From positions 1 to 64,000 of the IMG/VR virus record IMGVR_UViG_3300001919_000035: DNA of 64,000 bases; one strand, written 5' to 3'. Position 1 is the stretch's first letter, and each line of letters opens with the position of its first letter. This DNA is from a virus. Taxonomy: Duplodnaviria; Caudoviricetes. A program made the position numbers and the translations under genes. Positions 36,345 to 45,708 of this stretch are shown here, piece by piece. The notes beneath the pieces were generated by a model, which was not told the origin of the DNA, did no database searches, and saw nothing but the letters and a program-made list of their open reading frames with translations.

Positions 36345-37284
36345 GCCATTGCCTTTTAGGCATATTTCAGAGGTAACAGTAGAAACTCTGGAATATATAG
36401 ACATGCGTAGAAAACATGAGATTGAACCTCTTAGAACGAGATGGAAGAAGTTTAATCGAGTCTGTAATGGAGGAATAGAACAAGGTTGTGTATACACCAT
36501 AGTAGGTGCATCAGGATCTGGTAAATCTTCATTTGCAAATATGTTAGAAACTGATTTAATTAGTTTAAACTCTAATAAAGATATTATAGTATTGTCTTTT
36601 TCATTTGAAATGATATCTAGTAGACAAGTGGGTCGAAAGATAAGCAATGCTACAGGTAGAACAACTGGTGAGTTATATAGTGCAGAATCTGATTTAAAAG
36701 ATGATGAATTTGTACGTATAACACAGGAAGCAGAGGAACTTTCGAAGTATCCTATCTATTATGTAGATACTGCAGCTACTGTAGAGCAAATAGAAAGCAC
36801 AATAAAGTATTTTCAACAAAATCTTGCCAAAGATAAATGGCTAATAGTAATATTAGATCATACTTTACTTGTAAGAGGTAAAAGTGATGAAAGTGCTTTA
36901 ATCATTATTAGAGATTTGCAGAACTGTTTTATAAATGCAAAAAAGGTAGGTTGTACAAGTATAATACAGCTCTCACAAATGAACAGGAATATTGAATCTC
37001 CTGATCGCATAAATAACCCAACATGTCACTATCCTATGAGAAGTGACATTTCTTCCGCAGATTCTATCTTTCAAGGAAGTGATGTTGTAATAGTAATAGC
37101 CCGTCCAGAGATTTTAGGCTTTACAATATATGGTCCTCATCGACTCCCAGTACAAAACAAGATATACCTTCATATTCTAAAGAATCGTGAAGGTCAATTA
37201 GCAATTCTTGATTTCGAAAACGACCTAGCACACAACAATATCATCGAAATAGAAAGAGAATCAGAATCTAATCCTACTGATTAG
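36325..37284 (+). CDS. DnaB-like SF4 replicative helicase
   Basis: GASGSGKSS, FSFEM, ILDH, QLSQMNR, KNREG. Confidence 0.92.
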   Translation: MEQHLCKPLPFRHISEVTVETLEYIDMRRKHEIEPLRTRWKKFNRVCNGGIEQGCVYTIVGASGSGKSSFANMLETDLISLNSNKDIIVLSFSFEMISSRQVGRKISNATGRTTGELYSAESDLKDDEFVRITQEAEELSKYPIYYVDTAATVEQIESTIKYFQQNLAKDKWLIVILDHTLLVRGKSDESALIIIRDLQNCFINAKKVGCTSIIQLSQMNRNIESPDRINNPTCHYPMRSDISSADSIFQGSDVVIVIARPEILGFTIYGPHRLPVQNKIYLHILKNREGQLAILDFENDLAHNNIIEIERESESNPTD

Positions 37285-37308
37285 TTCAACAAAAAAATTA
37301 AGACTGAT

Positions 37309-37821
37309 ATGAAAAGTTATATATTCAACTTAGGTAATTCTAATGATACAACAAGTTATTCATCTTCTAATGGAGTAAGTTCTTATACACAGAGTCTGTT
37401 TGACAAAGCATTATGTTCTGTTCCGTATTGGAGTAAAACAAACAATAGTTATACTCCCTTTCGGTCTACATATAGTAATGAAACTCCTATTTTTACTCTT
37501 CCTTTTACTCTAGAAAAGAAGAGTCCGTTGTTTGATCCGAATTTCAAATATAAGAAGATCCAGAAAGATTTGGATGCTTATGAGGCATGGACAGCAGCAA
37601 TGAATAAGATGAAAGCTTATCGTAATTATTACGGTGACCGTAGTTATGATGCATTAGTGGGTGGCATTCCGGCGAATTTCTTTGGAGATTTTGCACAGAT
37701 CGGAGATGTAGTTATTCCTACATATGCAAATCGAGATTATTTTAATCGTCTTCCGCGTGAAAGCGCTTTAACGATTGTAAGCGTATCTATTACTATTTTG
37801 AATATTTTTGTGATCGAATAA
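37309..37821 (+). CDS. Hypothetical protein
   Basis: 170-aa ORF, S/T/Y-rich N-terminus. Confidence 0.75.
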   Translation: MKSYIFNLGNSNDTTSYSSSNGVSSYTQSLFDKALCSVPYWSKTNNSYTPFRSTYSNETPIFTLPFTLEKKSPLFDPNFKYKKIQKDLDAYEAWTAAMNKMKAYRNYYGDRSYDALVGGIPANFFGDFAQIGDVVIPTYANRDYFNRLPRESALTIVSVSITILNIFVIE

Positions 37822-37909
37822 AATTTTAAAATAACATATACTTACTATTTCATATTTTTTCCAATCTTATCATATCGTATCAAACCAGTAAGCTAATAAC
37901 TTCATTATT

Positions 37910-38653
37910 ATGATAGTATTACCTACTGAAAAAGTTAAAGCCAAAGTAAAAAACCCAAGGTTTCTTATATTATTTGGCAAACCAAAGTCAGGCAAAACTA
38001 CTATAGCGAGTGATTTGAAAGATAATCTTATTATTGATCTTGAGGGTGGTTCAGAGTTTCTGGAAGCCCTCAGTGTTCAAGCTCGTAATATAAGCGACTT
38101 AGGCGAAATTGCATCTGCAATTCGTCAGAAAAATAAGGAATGTGGTGGATATTTCTATAAACATATAACAATCGATAATGCAACAAGGCTCGAAGAGCTT
38201 ACGTTATCTTATGCTCTTACTCTTTATAACCAAACTCCAATGGGTAAAGGTTTTAAAGGTGATATAAGAACACTTCCTCAAGGAGGCGGCTGGTTCTATA
38301 TTAGACAAGCAGTAAGGAAAGTTATTGATATGTTTAGAGACTTATGCGAAGAATTTATTCTAGTAGGTCATACTAAGGATAAACTAGTTAATAAGGATGG
38401 TGAAGAACTATCTGAAATGCAATTAGACTTAGCAGGTAAGCTCAGTGATATCATTTGTGGAGAAGCAGATGCTATTGGATATGTCTATAGAAAGAAGAAC
38501 CAGACCTTAATTTCGTTTCAAGGCGGAGAAAACAATATAGTAGAAGCGAGAGCGCCTCATCTTAGAGGACAGAAAATCATTATCGCAGAAAGTGACAATG
38601 ATGGTAGGGTAACAACCTACTGGGAGAGAATATATTTGCCTAACAATGATTAA
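37910..38653 (+). CDS. Sak4/AAA_24-like P-loop ATPase (recombination or ssDNA annealing)
   Basis: ILFGKPKSGKTT, IIDLEGG, ITIDN, ILVGH pattern. Confidence 0.8.
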   Translation: MIVLPTEKVKAKVKNPRFLILFGKPKSGKTTIASDLKDNLIIDLEGGSEFLEALSVQARNISDLGEIASAIRQKNKECGGYFYKHITIDNATRLEELTLSYALTLYNQTPMGKGFKGDIRTLPQGGGWFYIRQAVRKVIDMFRDLCEEFILVGHTKDKLVNKDGEELSEMQLDLAGKLSDIICGEADAIGYVYRKKNQTLISFQGGENNIVEARAPHLRGQKIIIAESDNDGRVTTYWERIYLPNND

Positions 38654-38665
38654 TAATATACGTAT

Positions 38666-39307
38666 ATGTACAGTTCTAGCAGAGCAAAACAGATTGTAAA
38701 AAAGGATGTAGCATTTTTAACTGCAGGTATTCATGATGATGTCTATCTAGTAGGAATTAGATGCGAAACTTCTATTCAAGGAAATAACTTCATTGAATTT
38801 AAGTTTGAAAAAGAAGGTAGAACAATGACTCACACTGAGTGGGAACCTTCAAAATCTAGTCCACAGAAAGAATTAACTCAAGAAGAATTTGAAGATAAAT
38901 TAGACAGACAGTATAAAAGAATTGAACAAATTCTTTTGTGTTTCTATACTTCAGATGAATTGCAGTTTGAAGATGGAGATTTTAAAGCATTTGCAAAATG
39001 GGTAGAAAGTCTACTTACTGCAGATAAAGTAAAACAGACTCCGTTGAGAGTAAAAATAGTATATAACAATAAAGGTTATACTACATTACCTCAATATGCA
39101 CGTTATACATTCATTGAACCAATGAGTGTAGTAAAAGAAGATAAGTCTGTTATTTCTCCATTGAAAATCGATAACTTCGAAAAGCCTATCGTAGCAGACA
39201 ATGAAGCATCTAATGCTAATCCATTTCAAGTAGTAAATGGTACCTTAAATACTGTAGCAGACAATGAAGCATCTGCTACAAATAATGTTGATGATTTGCC
39301 TTTCTAA
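38666..39307 (+). CDS. Putative single-stranded DNA-binding protein
   Basis: Acidic tail ending DDLPF, adjacent to the Sak4-like ATPase. Confidence 0.65.
   Translation: MYSSSRAKQIVKKDVAFLTAGIHDDVYLVGIRCETSIQGNNFIEFKFEKEGRTMTHTEWEPSKSSPQKELTQEEFEDKLDRQYKRIEQILLCFYTSDELQFEDGDFKAFAKWVESLLTADKVKQTPLRVKIVYNNKGYTTLPQYARYTFIEPMSVVKEDKSVISPLKIDNFEKPIVADNEASNANPFQVVNGTLNTVADNEASATNNVDDLPF
39191..39274 (+). repeat. 21-bp direct repeat GTAGCAGACAATGAAGCATCT x2 (VADNEAS)
   Basis: Copies at 39191-39211 and 39254-39274 within the SSB tail. Confidence 0.85.
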
Positions 39308-39330
39308 AAGGCAACCAATAGCAATTGGGG

Positions 39331-39362
39331 GGAGGGGTAACGAAAGTTACTCCTCTTTTTTA
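39331..39362 (+). terminator. Intrinsic terminator
   Basis: GAGGGGTAAC-GAAA-GTTACTCCTC plus T run. Confidence 0.85.
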
Positions 39363-39385
39363 TTAACCTCTAAAAATAAATCAAT

Positions 39386-40735
39386 ATGCTAGATATTCAA
39401 GAGTTAGAATCAAAGTTAAAAGAATCAAAATATAGTTTTAAGAATGGTAAGTTTGTTCCTGGCAACGGACATGCAGATGAAACATCTGGAGGAAATACAG
39501 GAACTTTCTCTGTAAAACAAGAATACTTGGAAGAATATTTCAAATCTAAGCAGACAAGCAAGGATTTTCAAGATCTTGTTGCAAAAGCTCTTGCACAAAT
39601 GAAAAGTGAAGAAAATGGAGAAAACCAGCCAGAAACTGAACGAAAACTTACTGATAAAACTAAATCAAGAGATTTGGAAGTAGGTGATGAATTCTTTGGT
39701 AGTATCATTACTTCTATTAAGAAGGATGGGAAAAAAGTACGTTCAAAACCTATAGACTACTGGAAAGTAGTAGAGAAAGATACACGTTTCGGCATTACTT
39801 TTACTGTAGAAAATAGTAAAGGTGAAAAGTTCAAAACTTCTGCTGGAGGTATCAGTATTAAAAAAGCTGGAGACTTTGAGAAGAAGTTAATGGAAACACG
39901 TAAAAAGCTTGAAAAAGAGCTTGAAGAACAGAAATGTAAGGCTGAAGAAGAAGCTAAGATGATAGATATGTCTAAGCTTGAACCTGAGGCTCAGCTCAAG
40001 AAAATAATTGAGGCTGGCATACGCAACGTTTGGATGGTAGGTCCAGCTGGCTGTGGTAAATCTACTATGGCTCGTAATGTTGCAAAGGAATTAGATGTTC
40101 CTTATTTGTGTATATCCTGTGGTATTGGTACTTCTGCCACAGAATTTGTAGGATATAAATATCCTAATCGTGAAAGTACTAAATTTGCTGAATATTATGC
40201 TAAGCCGTCTATTATCTTAATTGATGAGATGACTGCTTTAGACCCTGCAGTAGGTCAGGTATTAAATGCTGCTCTTGCCAACGGTGAGATTGAGACTACT
40301 ACTGGTTTAGTGTGTCGTCACCCCGAGTGTATCATCATTGCTACTTCTAATACGTTTGGTAATGGTGCGAGTCGACAGTATGTGGCTAATAATCAGTTAG
40401 ACGCATCTACTATTGACCGATTCATCGGTGGCATTATAGAGGTTAACTATTCTGTAGCTTATGAAAGTCAGTATGATACTGATGTAGTAAACTATGTATG
40501 GAAACTTCGTGAGATCATTAAAGAGTGCAACTTACGTCGTATTGCATCTACGCGTATGATACAATCCGGACACGTAATGAAGAAGGCTTATTTCAAAAAC
40601 TGGAAAGACATGTTAATAACTAACTGGACTGATTCTGAAAAAGAAATGGTTCATAAGCAGTTAGTAGAGAATACTACTGCTAGTAAGTTTAAGTTTTTAA
40701 CAGATGGTGATGACAGTTTTAAAGTAGCAGCGTAA
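39386..40735 (+). CDS. MoxR/CbbQ-like AAA+ ATPase with N-terminal extension
   Basis: GPAGCGKST, ILIDEM, LNAALANG, IATSN, LDASTIDRF. Confidence 0.88.
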   Translation: MLDIQELESKLKESKYSFKNGKFVPGNGHADETSGGNTGTFSVKQEYLEEYFKSKQTSKDFQDLVAKALAQMKSEENGENQPETERKLTDKTKSRDLEVGDEFFGSIITSIKKDGKKVRSKPIDYWKVVEKDTRFGITFTVENSKGEKFKTSAGGISIKKAGDFEKKLMETRKKLEKELEEQKCKAEEEAKMIDMSKLEPEAQLKKIIEAGIRNVWMVGPAGCGKSTMARNVAKELDVPYLCISCGIGTSATEFVGYKYPNRESTKFAEYYAKPSIILIDEMTALDPAVGQVLNAALANGEIETTTGLVCRHPECIIIATSNTFGNGASRQYVANNQLDASTIDRFIGGIIEVNYSVAYESQYDTDVVNYVWKLREIIKECNLRRIASTRMIQSGHVMKKAYFKNWKDMLITNWTDSEKEMVHKQLVENTTASKFKFLTDGDDSFKVAA

Positions 40736-40738
40736 ATT

Positions 40739-41548
40739 ATGGGAAAAAGATTAAAGGTAGAGTTTGATGATCTCGAAAAATTTTACACGGAATGTGATAT
40801 TCAAGAAGATACTGGATCTCCTAGTCAATGGAAAGAAATTAGTGAAAAAAACGAACCAAGTTGGGTTGGTCTACCACTAGAAGAAATTAAAAAATCTAAG
40901 TATTTTTACAATAAAGGCTTAGATAAACTTGGTTCTTTAACTGAAGAAATACTAGGAGGTTGTTCTAAAACGGAGTTCAAGTATGATGAACAGGATGGTG
41001 ATGATATGAATTATGATAGATTTATCGAAGGATTACCATCTATGAAGAAAAGAGTAAGGAAAGGAGGAAATAAAAACGGAAGATTTATCAATCTTCATGT
41101 AGGTATATGTGAATGTTGTGCTGTAAGTCATAAAGATATGCTATATAAGGCATATACTGCAGTAAAATTAGCAGATTATCTTGAATCTCAAGGTTATAGA
41201 GTTCAGATTACAACATTTGCAGAAGTAGCCAGTTTAGGTTATTTCAAGAGTGAAATTTTAGATTATCTATTAGTAGAAGTTACTATTAAGAAATTTGAAG
41301 ATCCTTTATTATTACCTACTATCCTTACTTGTGTATCCCCTTGGATGTTTAGACATCATATGTTTAAATTTTGGACAGCAAAATTTAGATGTGGTTGGGG
41401 ATTAGGTCATGTACCAAGTATGACTAGACAAAGTAATAAGGAACATATCTTTATTTCTTCAGGTGAGTGTCTTGATGAAGCAGATGCTAATCGAAAGATT
41501 AAAGAGATCCAAAAAATCTTTGAAGATGAACATGGGGACGAAGAATAA
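40739..41548 (+). CDS. Putative vWA-like partner of the MoxR ATPase
   Basis: Directly downstream. INLHVGI...AVKLADYLESQGYRVQI resembles a vWA strand-helix-strand unit; no clear MIDAS DxSxS. Confidence 0.55.
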   Translation: MGKRLKVEFDDLEKFYTECDIQEDTGSPSQWKEISEKNEPSWVGLPLEEIKKSKYFYNKGLDKLGSLTEEILGGCSKTEFKYDEQDGDDMNYDRFIEGLPSMKKRVRKGGNKNGRFINLHVGICECCAVSHKDMLYKAYTAVKLADYLESQGYRVQITTFAEVASLGYFKSEILDYLLVEVTIKKFEDPLLLPTILTCVSPWMFRHHMFKFWTAKFRCGWGLGHVPSMTRQSNKEHIFISSGECLDEADANRKIKEIQKIFEDEHGDEE

Positions 41549-41559
41549 GTATTGCGAGA

Positions 41560-41673
41560 GAGTAATCCGGCGAACTACTGGCCTGGGGAAGGCAAACTTG
41601 AAAAGAGTGTAGGGTACTTAGGTGTGGCGCTAATATTATATTAGCACGGGGGTTCGAATCCCCCCTAGTTACA
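41560..41673 (+). ncRNA. Degenerate tRNA-like element
   Basis: GGGGG-TTCGAAT-CCCCC T arm preceded by a GCTAATAT/ATATTAGC hairpin; acceptor pairing poor, 5' end uncertain. Confidence 0.4.
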
Positions 41674-41810
41674 ACAGATTCTTTTTAATTTAACAATATA
41701 TAGTCTATAATATATTCTAATGGCTGGAAGAAAGTAAGCACATAACTACTACTAATCAGGCTAATACGGTTCATGAGAATGAGTCGTCGGCGGTTGAGTG
41801 GAGGTAGATA

Positions 41811-41895
41811 GTAGAAAGATGTGTGAATGGTCCAGATACGATTCGCTAACTAGCGTGTATCTAAATGGGGAGGTTCGAGTCCTCCACTTTCTACA
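41811..41895 (+). ncRNA. tRNA-like element directly upstream of primase
   Basis: GTAGAAAG/CTTTCTAC stem, AGATAC/GTATCT arm, GGAGG-TTCGAGT-CCTCC. Confidence 0.6.
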
Positions 41896-41911
41896 ATTAA
41901 ATTTATATCAT

Positions 41912-42910
41912 ATGTATGATTCTAAAAGAGCACATAAGACAAAAGCAATTACACTTGACTATATCTTGTCAAGAGTATCAGAATATGATATATATGCTCG
42001 TTATTTAGGACAATTTAAAATAGGTTATATTTACAATAGTCCGTTTAGAAAGGATAAGAATCCTTCATTTGGAATATTCCGAAGTAAAAAGACTGGTAAA
42101 TTATTATTCAAAGATCATGGAAATGGTCTATGTGGAGATGTCATTAAATTTGTACAAGAATTCACTGGTATTACTAACTATAATGATTTATTAAATCAAA
42201 TAGTTAAAGATCTTAACATAAAGAATAATACTGTTTTAAAGAGTACTAAGGAACAAGAAAAGTCTGAAGAAACTATAATAGGAGTAGTTAGACAAGACTT
42301 TACAGAAGCAGATATAGAATACTGGAAGCAATTTAATATAAAAACAGATACTTTAAAAAAGTATAATGTTAGTAGTATTAAATATTATCTCTGTAACGGT
42401 ATAGTAAAAGGTATATATAAGGAAGATAATCCGATGTTTGCATATAAAGTATATGACAGATTTAAGATATATAGGCCGTATGGTGATAAATACACTAAAT
42501 GGCGTAATAATCTTACTGAATATGATATACAAGGTTATGAGCAATTGCCTGAATCTGGAGACTTATTAATAGTAACTAAGTCTATGAAGGATGTTATGTG
42601 TTTAAGAGAAATGGGTTATAATGCTATTTCTCCTTCATCAGAATCTACATTTATACCTGATAGAGTATTAGAGGTGCTTAAATGTAGATTTAAAAATATA
42701 ATTGTTATCTACGATCGAGACAAAGCAGGATGCAAAAATTTACGTAAAATCACAACAACTTATAGACTAAAACCGTTATTAATCCACAAAAGTTTTAAAG
42801 CAAAAGATATTTCTGATGCTATTAAACTTAATAATTTTGAAACTATAAAAAATTGGATTGATAATGAATTCAGAAAACAAAGAAATTTGGAAAAAGATAG
42901 AAAATTATGA
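41912..42910 (+). CDS. DNA primase (zinc-finger region plus TOPRIM)
   Basis: SPFRKDKNPSF...FKDHG, TOPRIM ITKSMKDVM variant (VTKSMKDVM) and YDRDKAG. Start moved from GTG 41798 (which would span the tRNA-like element) to in-frame ATG 41912. Confidence 0.88.
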   Translation: MYDSKRAHKTKAITLDYILSRVSEYDIYARYLGQFKIGYIYNSPFRKDKNPSFGIFRSKKTGKLLFKDHGNGLCGDVIKFVQEFTGITNYNDLLNQIVKDLNIKNNTVLKSTKEQEKSEETIIGVVRQDFTEADIEYWKQFNIKTDTLKKYNVSSIKYYLCNGIVKGIYKEDNPMFAYKVYDRFKIYRPYGDKYTKWRNNLTEYDIQGYEQLPESGDLLIVTKSMKDVMCLREMGYNAISPSSESTFIPDRVLEVLKCRFKNIIVIYDRDKAGCKNLRKITTTYRLKPLLIHKSFKAKDISDAIKLNNFETIKNWIDNEFRKQRNLEKDRKL

Positions 42911-43352
42911 CTATGTAGTTAGTAATTTTGGAAGGATTAAAAACTTAAAAAATAACAATCTTTTAAAACCACAAGATAATCAAAATGGTTATTTAAAAGT
43001 ATGTTTATCTAAATATGGAAAAGTTAAGCAATTTTTGATGCATAGATTAGTAGCAGAATTGTTTGTAGATAATCCAAATAATTTACCACAAGTTAATCAT
43101 ATAGATGAAAATAAGAAGAATAATAATTTTTCTAATCTAGAATGGTGCACTAAAAAGTATAACATGAATTATGGTAAATTAAAAAATTTTCATAAAAAAG
43201 AAATTGCAAAATATAAAAATGGATATTTTAAGTGTAAATATAATTCTTTAAAAGAAGCTGCAGAAATAAATAGTTTATCTAAAAGTTCTATTAGTCGTTG
43301 TTGTAAAGGGCTACAAAAAACATATGCTGGTTTTACGTGGAAATACATTTAA
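42864..43352 (+). mobile_element. NUMOD4-HNH homing endonuclease inserted at the primase 3' end
   Basis: EIWKKI..YVVSNFGRIK, MHRLVAELF..VNHIDENKKNN..NLEWCT, TYAGFTWKY; ATG at 42864. Confidence 0.92.
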
Positions 43353-43437
43353 GAAATTCAAAAGTAAAGATATATCTGATGCTGTAAAAAATAACGGGTT
43401 TGATATAGTAAAAAATTGGTTAAAAGAAACATTATGA
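43351..43437 (+). pseudogene. Displaced second copy of the primase C-terminus
   Basis: KKFKSKDISDAVKNNGFDIVKNWLKETL* versus primase KSFKAKDISDAIKLNNFETIKNWI. Confidence 0.85.
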
Positions 43438-43730
43438 AAAAGTTTTTCTCAAAAATATTTGATGTAATTCGTCAGGGTATAGCATGGTTATTAGCTATAC
43501 CGTTTATTCTTTCTGTAATTCTTCTAGTATTCTTTGGTTTTCTAGTAGGTATTACTAGTTTGAAAGTATTCGAAAAACTTGGTTGCAAAATCAATAGTTT
43601 CTCTAGTTCTTCTGAAAATAATCTTGATGCTAAAATCAAAGATTATGAAGAACTTAAAAAGAGTTTAGAAGAACTACTTGAAAAAGTAGAAAAAGGTAAT
43701 GCAACTGTAACAAGTTATAAAATAGAATGA
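43434..43730 (+). CDS. Membrane protein with coiled-coil tail
   Basis: MKKFFSK start (ATGA overlap) and a long hydrophobic segment. Confidence 0.7.
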   Translation: MKKFFSKIFDVIRQGIAWLLAIPFILSVILLVFFGFLVGITSLKVFEKLGCKINSFSSSSENNLDAKIKDYEELKKSLEELLEKVEKGNATVTSYKIE

Positions 43731-43930
43731 TAGACTTCTATTCTACTGAAATAACAGTTAATCTTGTTCAATTCTTATGCTTCTGCTTTTTATGCTGTAC
43801 TATAAGCAACATAATTAACTTTGCATCGTTTCATTTAATATTTAAAGAATATGTAAATGTTATCAAAGAAGCGAAAAAGCAAAAAGAAAGAGAACAAGAA
43901 AGTAAAGAATGCAACTCCGATAGTAATTGA
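43727..43930 (+). CDS. Small membrane protein
   Basis: 67 aa, hydrophobic centre, ATGA-coupled. Confidence 0.55.
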   Translation: MIDFYSTEITVNLVQFLCFCFLCCTISNIINFASFHLIFKEYVNVIKEAKKQKEREQESKECNSDSN

Positions 43931-44270
43931 TGGAATACAATTCCGAAGTAAACTAGAAGGATATGTATATACTGAGTTGAAGAAGAATAAATTGAAGGCT
44001 GATTATGAACCCATAGCATTTGAGCTCATGCCAGCCTTTCAATTTAAGAATAAGAAACTAAGACGTATGACATATACTCCTGATTTTGTAGGAAGTAATT
44101 TTATCATTGAAGCTAAAGGAAGACCTAATGACGTATTTCCATATAAATGGAAATGGTTCATGTATTACTTAAAGAATAATGGACTAGAAGATAAATACAA
44201 TTTATATATAGTTCATAATCATAAAGAAACTGATGAATGTATAAAAGAAATTAAAAGCTATGGAAAATAA
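43857..44270 (+). CDS. PD-(D/E)xK endonuclease, T7 endonuclease I-like (Holliday junction resolvase candidate)
   Basis: FRSKLEGYV...YEP...YTPDF...IIEAKG. Confidence 0.8.
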   Translation: MLSKKRKSKKKENKKVKNATPIVIDGIQFRSKLEGYVYTELKKNKLKADYEPIAFELMPAFQFKNKKLRRMTYTPDFVGSNFIIEAKGRPNDVFPYKWKWFMYYLKNNGLEDKYNLYIVHNHKETDECIKEIKSYGK

Positions 44271-44358
44271 AAACATTTTGGAAGAATATGATGTAATTAT
44301 CAATCTTGGATCTGCTTATAAAAAAGAAGAAAAGAATGATAATGACACAGAAGGATAA
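44260..44358 (+). CDS. 32-aa acidic microprotein
   Basis: MENKNILEEYDVIINLGSAYKKEEKNDNDTEG*, fills the gap between two nucleases. Confidence 0.45.
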   Translation: MENKNILEEYDVIINLGSAYKKEEKNDNDTEG

Positions 44359-44360
44359 TT

Positions 44361-45380
44361 ATGGATTTAAGCATACCTTATTATGAAGATACATCTAGAA
44401 TATCTAATAGTAATATAGGATATTTCCTTAAGAAAGGACCGCGTTATCTTAAGAATATGCTAGATGGAACAGCTGAAGGTCTTAAAGCAAGTTATCTCGA
44501 TAAGGGAACTATGATACATATGTATATACTTCAACCAGATGAGTTCTGGTCACATTATCGAATATTAGACTTTGAAACTCCAAGTAGTAAACAGCAACAA
44601 GTATTTGCTGACAAACTAGTTAATACTGTTGAAATAGACACTGATTTAGCCCTTATAAAGGCATATTCAGATGCTTACAGTACAAAGAATAAGAGTGAAG
44701 ACAAAGTACTCTTAGAAGCTAAAGAATTAACTAAAAAGCTAGAAAACTATATAGAGTATCTTAAGACTGAAAGACAAACAGAGATGAAAGTTATTTCATT
44801 TGCAGACTTAGCTATGTTAAAAACTATAAAACAGAATTTACAGAGTCATAAGAAAGCAAATGAACTATTATATAATCTAAAAGAAACTTGTGAACAATAT
44901 AATGAGTTTCACATAAATTGGGAATTCCCAAAACTTTTCGAAAACTATCAATTACCTTGTAAGTCTTTATTAGATAGATTATGCATAGATCATACTGAAA
45001 AGAAGATTATGCTAATAGACTTAAAAACTACTGCAGATGTTAGTAATTTTGAGCACTCTATTGAAGAATATGATTATAGAAGACAATTAGCATTTTATTG
45101 GCTTGCTATACATTGGTATTTCAAATATGAGTTAAATATTGACATTGCAGAATATACTTATGAAACATATATTATTGCAATACAAAGTAATAATGGATAT
45201 GGAGTAAGAGTAATAAAGTTTAGTCCTGAATCTATCGAAGAAAGACTTTCATTAATATCAGAAACTATCAGTGCTATCTGCTGGCATAAGCAGAACAATT
45301 TATGGGATTACTCTCGTTCATATTATGAAGGAGATGGATCAGAAGTGTATTACAGCGTCAATAGTAGCCCTATTCTTTAA
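44361..45380 (+). CDS. PD-(D/E)xK exonuclease (RecE/exonuclease VIII-like)
   Basis: CKSLLDRL, IDLKTT, YDYRRQLAFY. Confidence 0.82.
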   Translation: MDLSIPYYEDTSRISNSNIGYFLKKGPRYLKNMLDGTAEGLKASYLDKGTMIHMYILQPDEFWSHYRILDFETPSSKQQQVFADKLVNTVEIDTDLALIKAYSDAYSTKNKSEDKVLLEAKELTKKLENYIEYLKTERQTEMKVISFADLAMLKTIKQNLQSHKKANELLYNLKETCEQYNEFHINWEFPKLFENYQLPCKSLLDRLCIDHTEKKIMLIDLKTTADVSNFEHSIEEYDYRRQLAFYWLAIHWYFKYELNIDIAEYTYETYIIAIQSNNGYGVRVIKFSPESIEERLSLISETISAICWHKQNNLWDYSRSYYEGDGSEVYYSVNSSPIL

Positions 45381-45690
45381 TACTAGTTATGTTAGTATTA
45401 TACTGCATAAACTAAATAAGTATTGGATAAAAAAAGACCTGTATATAGATTATACAGGTCTGTCATACTTAGAATATAGAGATTTATGTAACTATTTTAA
45501 GGCACATAAACTATATTTAGGTCATTATAGATATAAAGGAGATTCAGACTATCATACTGTTTTTATATTTAAAATTGAAAAAAAGCAACAACGATTAATA
45601 TATATGGTTGAGAATAAGTATTTTCATTTGCTTTCAACTGAGGTTAAAAAGCAAATACATACATTCTCTAATTATAACTTTATATATTAA
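45271..45690 (+). CDS. Hypothetical protein (true start probably downstream)
   Basis: 139-aa ORF overlapping the exonuclease end. Confidence 0.5.
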   Translation: MLSAGISRTIYGITLVHIMKEMDQKCITASIVALFFNTSYVSIILHKLNKYWIKKDLYIDYTGLSYLEYRDLCNYFKAHKLYLGHYRYKGDSDYHTVFIFKIEKKQQRLIYMVENKYFHLLSTEVKKQIHTFSNYNFIY

Positions 45691-45708
45691 AAAATTGGAG
45701 GAATAGTT

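Noticed and set aside
41833-41862. Amber suppressor tRNA (CTA within the arm of the 41811 element)
   Set aside because: CTA lies in a paired GCTA/TAGC segment rather than a 7-nt U33-type loop, the D arm is absent, and there is no evidence of TAG recoding
41798-41911. N-terminal 38-aa extension of primase from GTG 41798
   Set aside because: It overlaps a tRNA-like element; ATG 41912 has the typical A/T-rich upstream context
16347-45000. - strand and off-frame ORFs in the early arm (16347, 17203, 18795, 18841, 19641, 21020, 21045, 24334, 26430, 29388, 31576, 33327, 33430, 35219, 36135, 42353, 43831)
   Set aside because: They overlap stronger + strand genes or RNA elements; 33430..33612 is simply the antisense of the CAC tRNA
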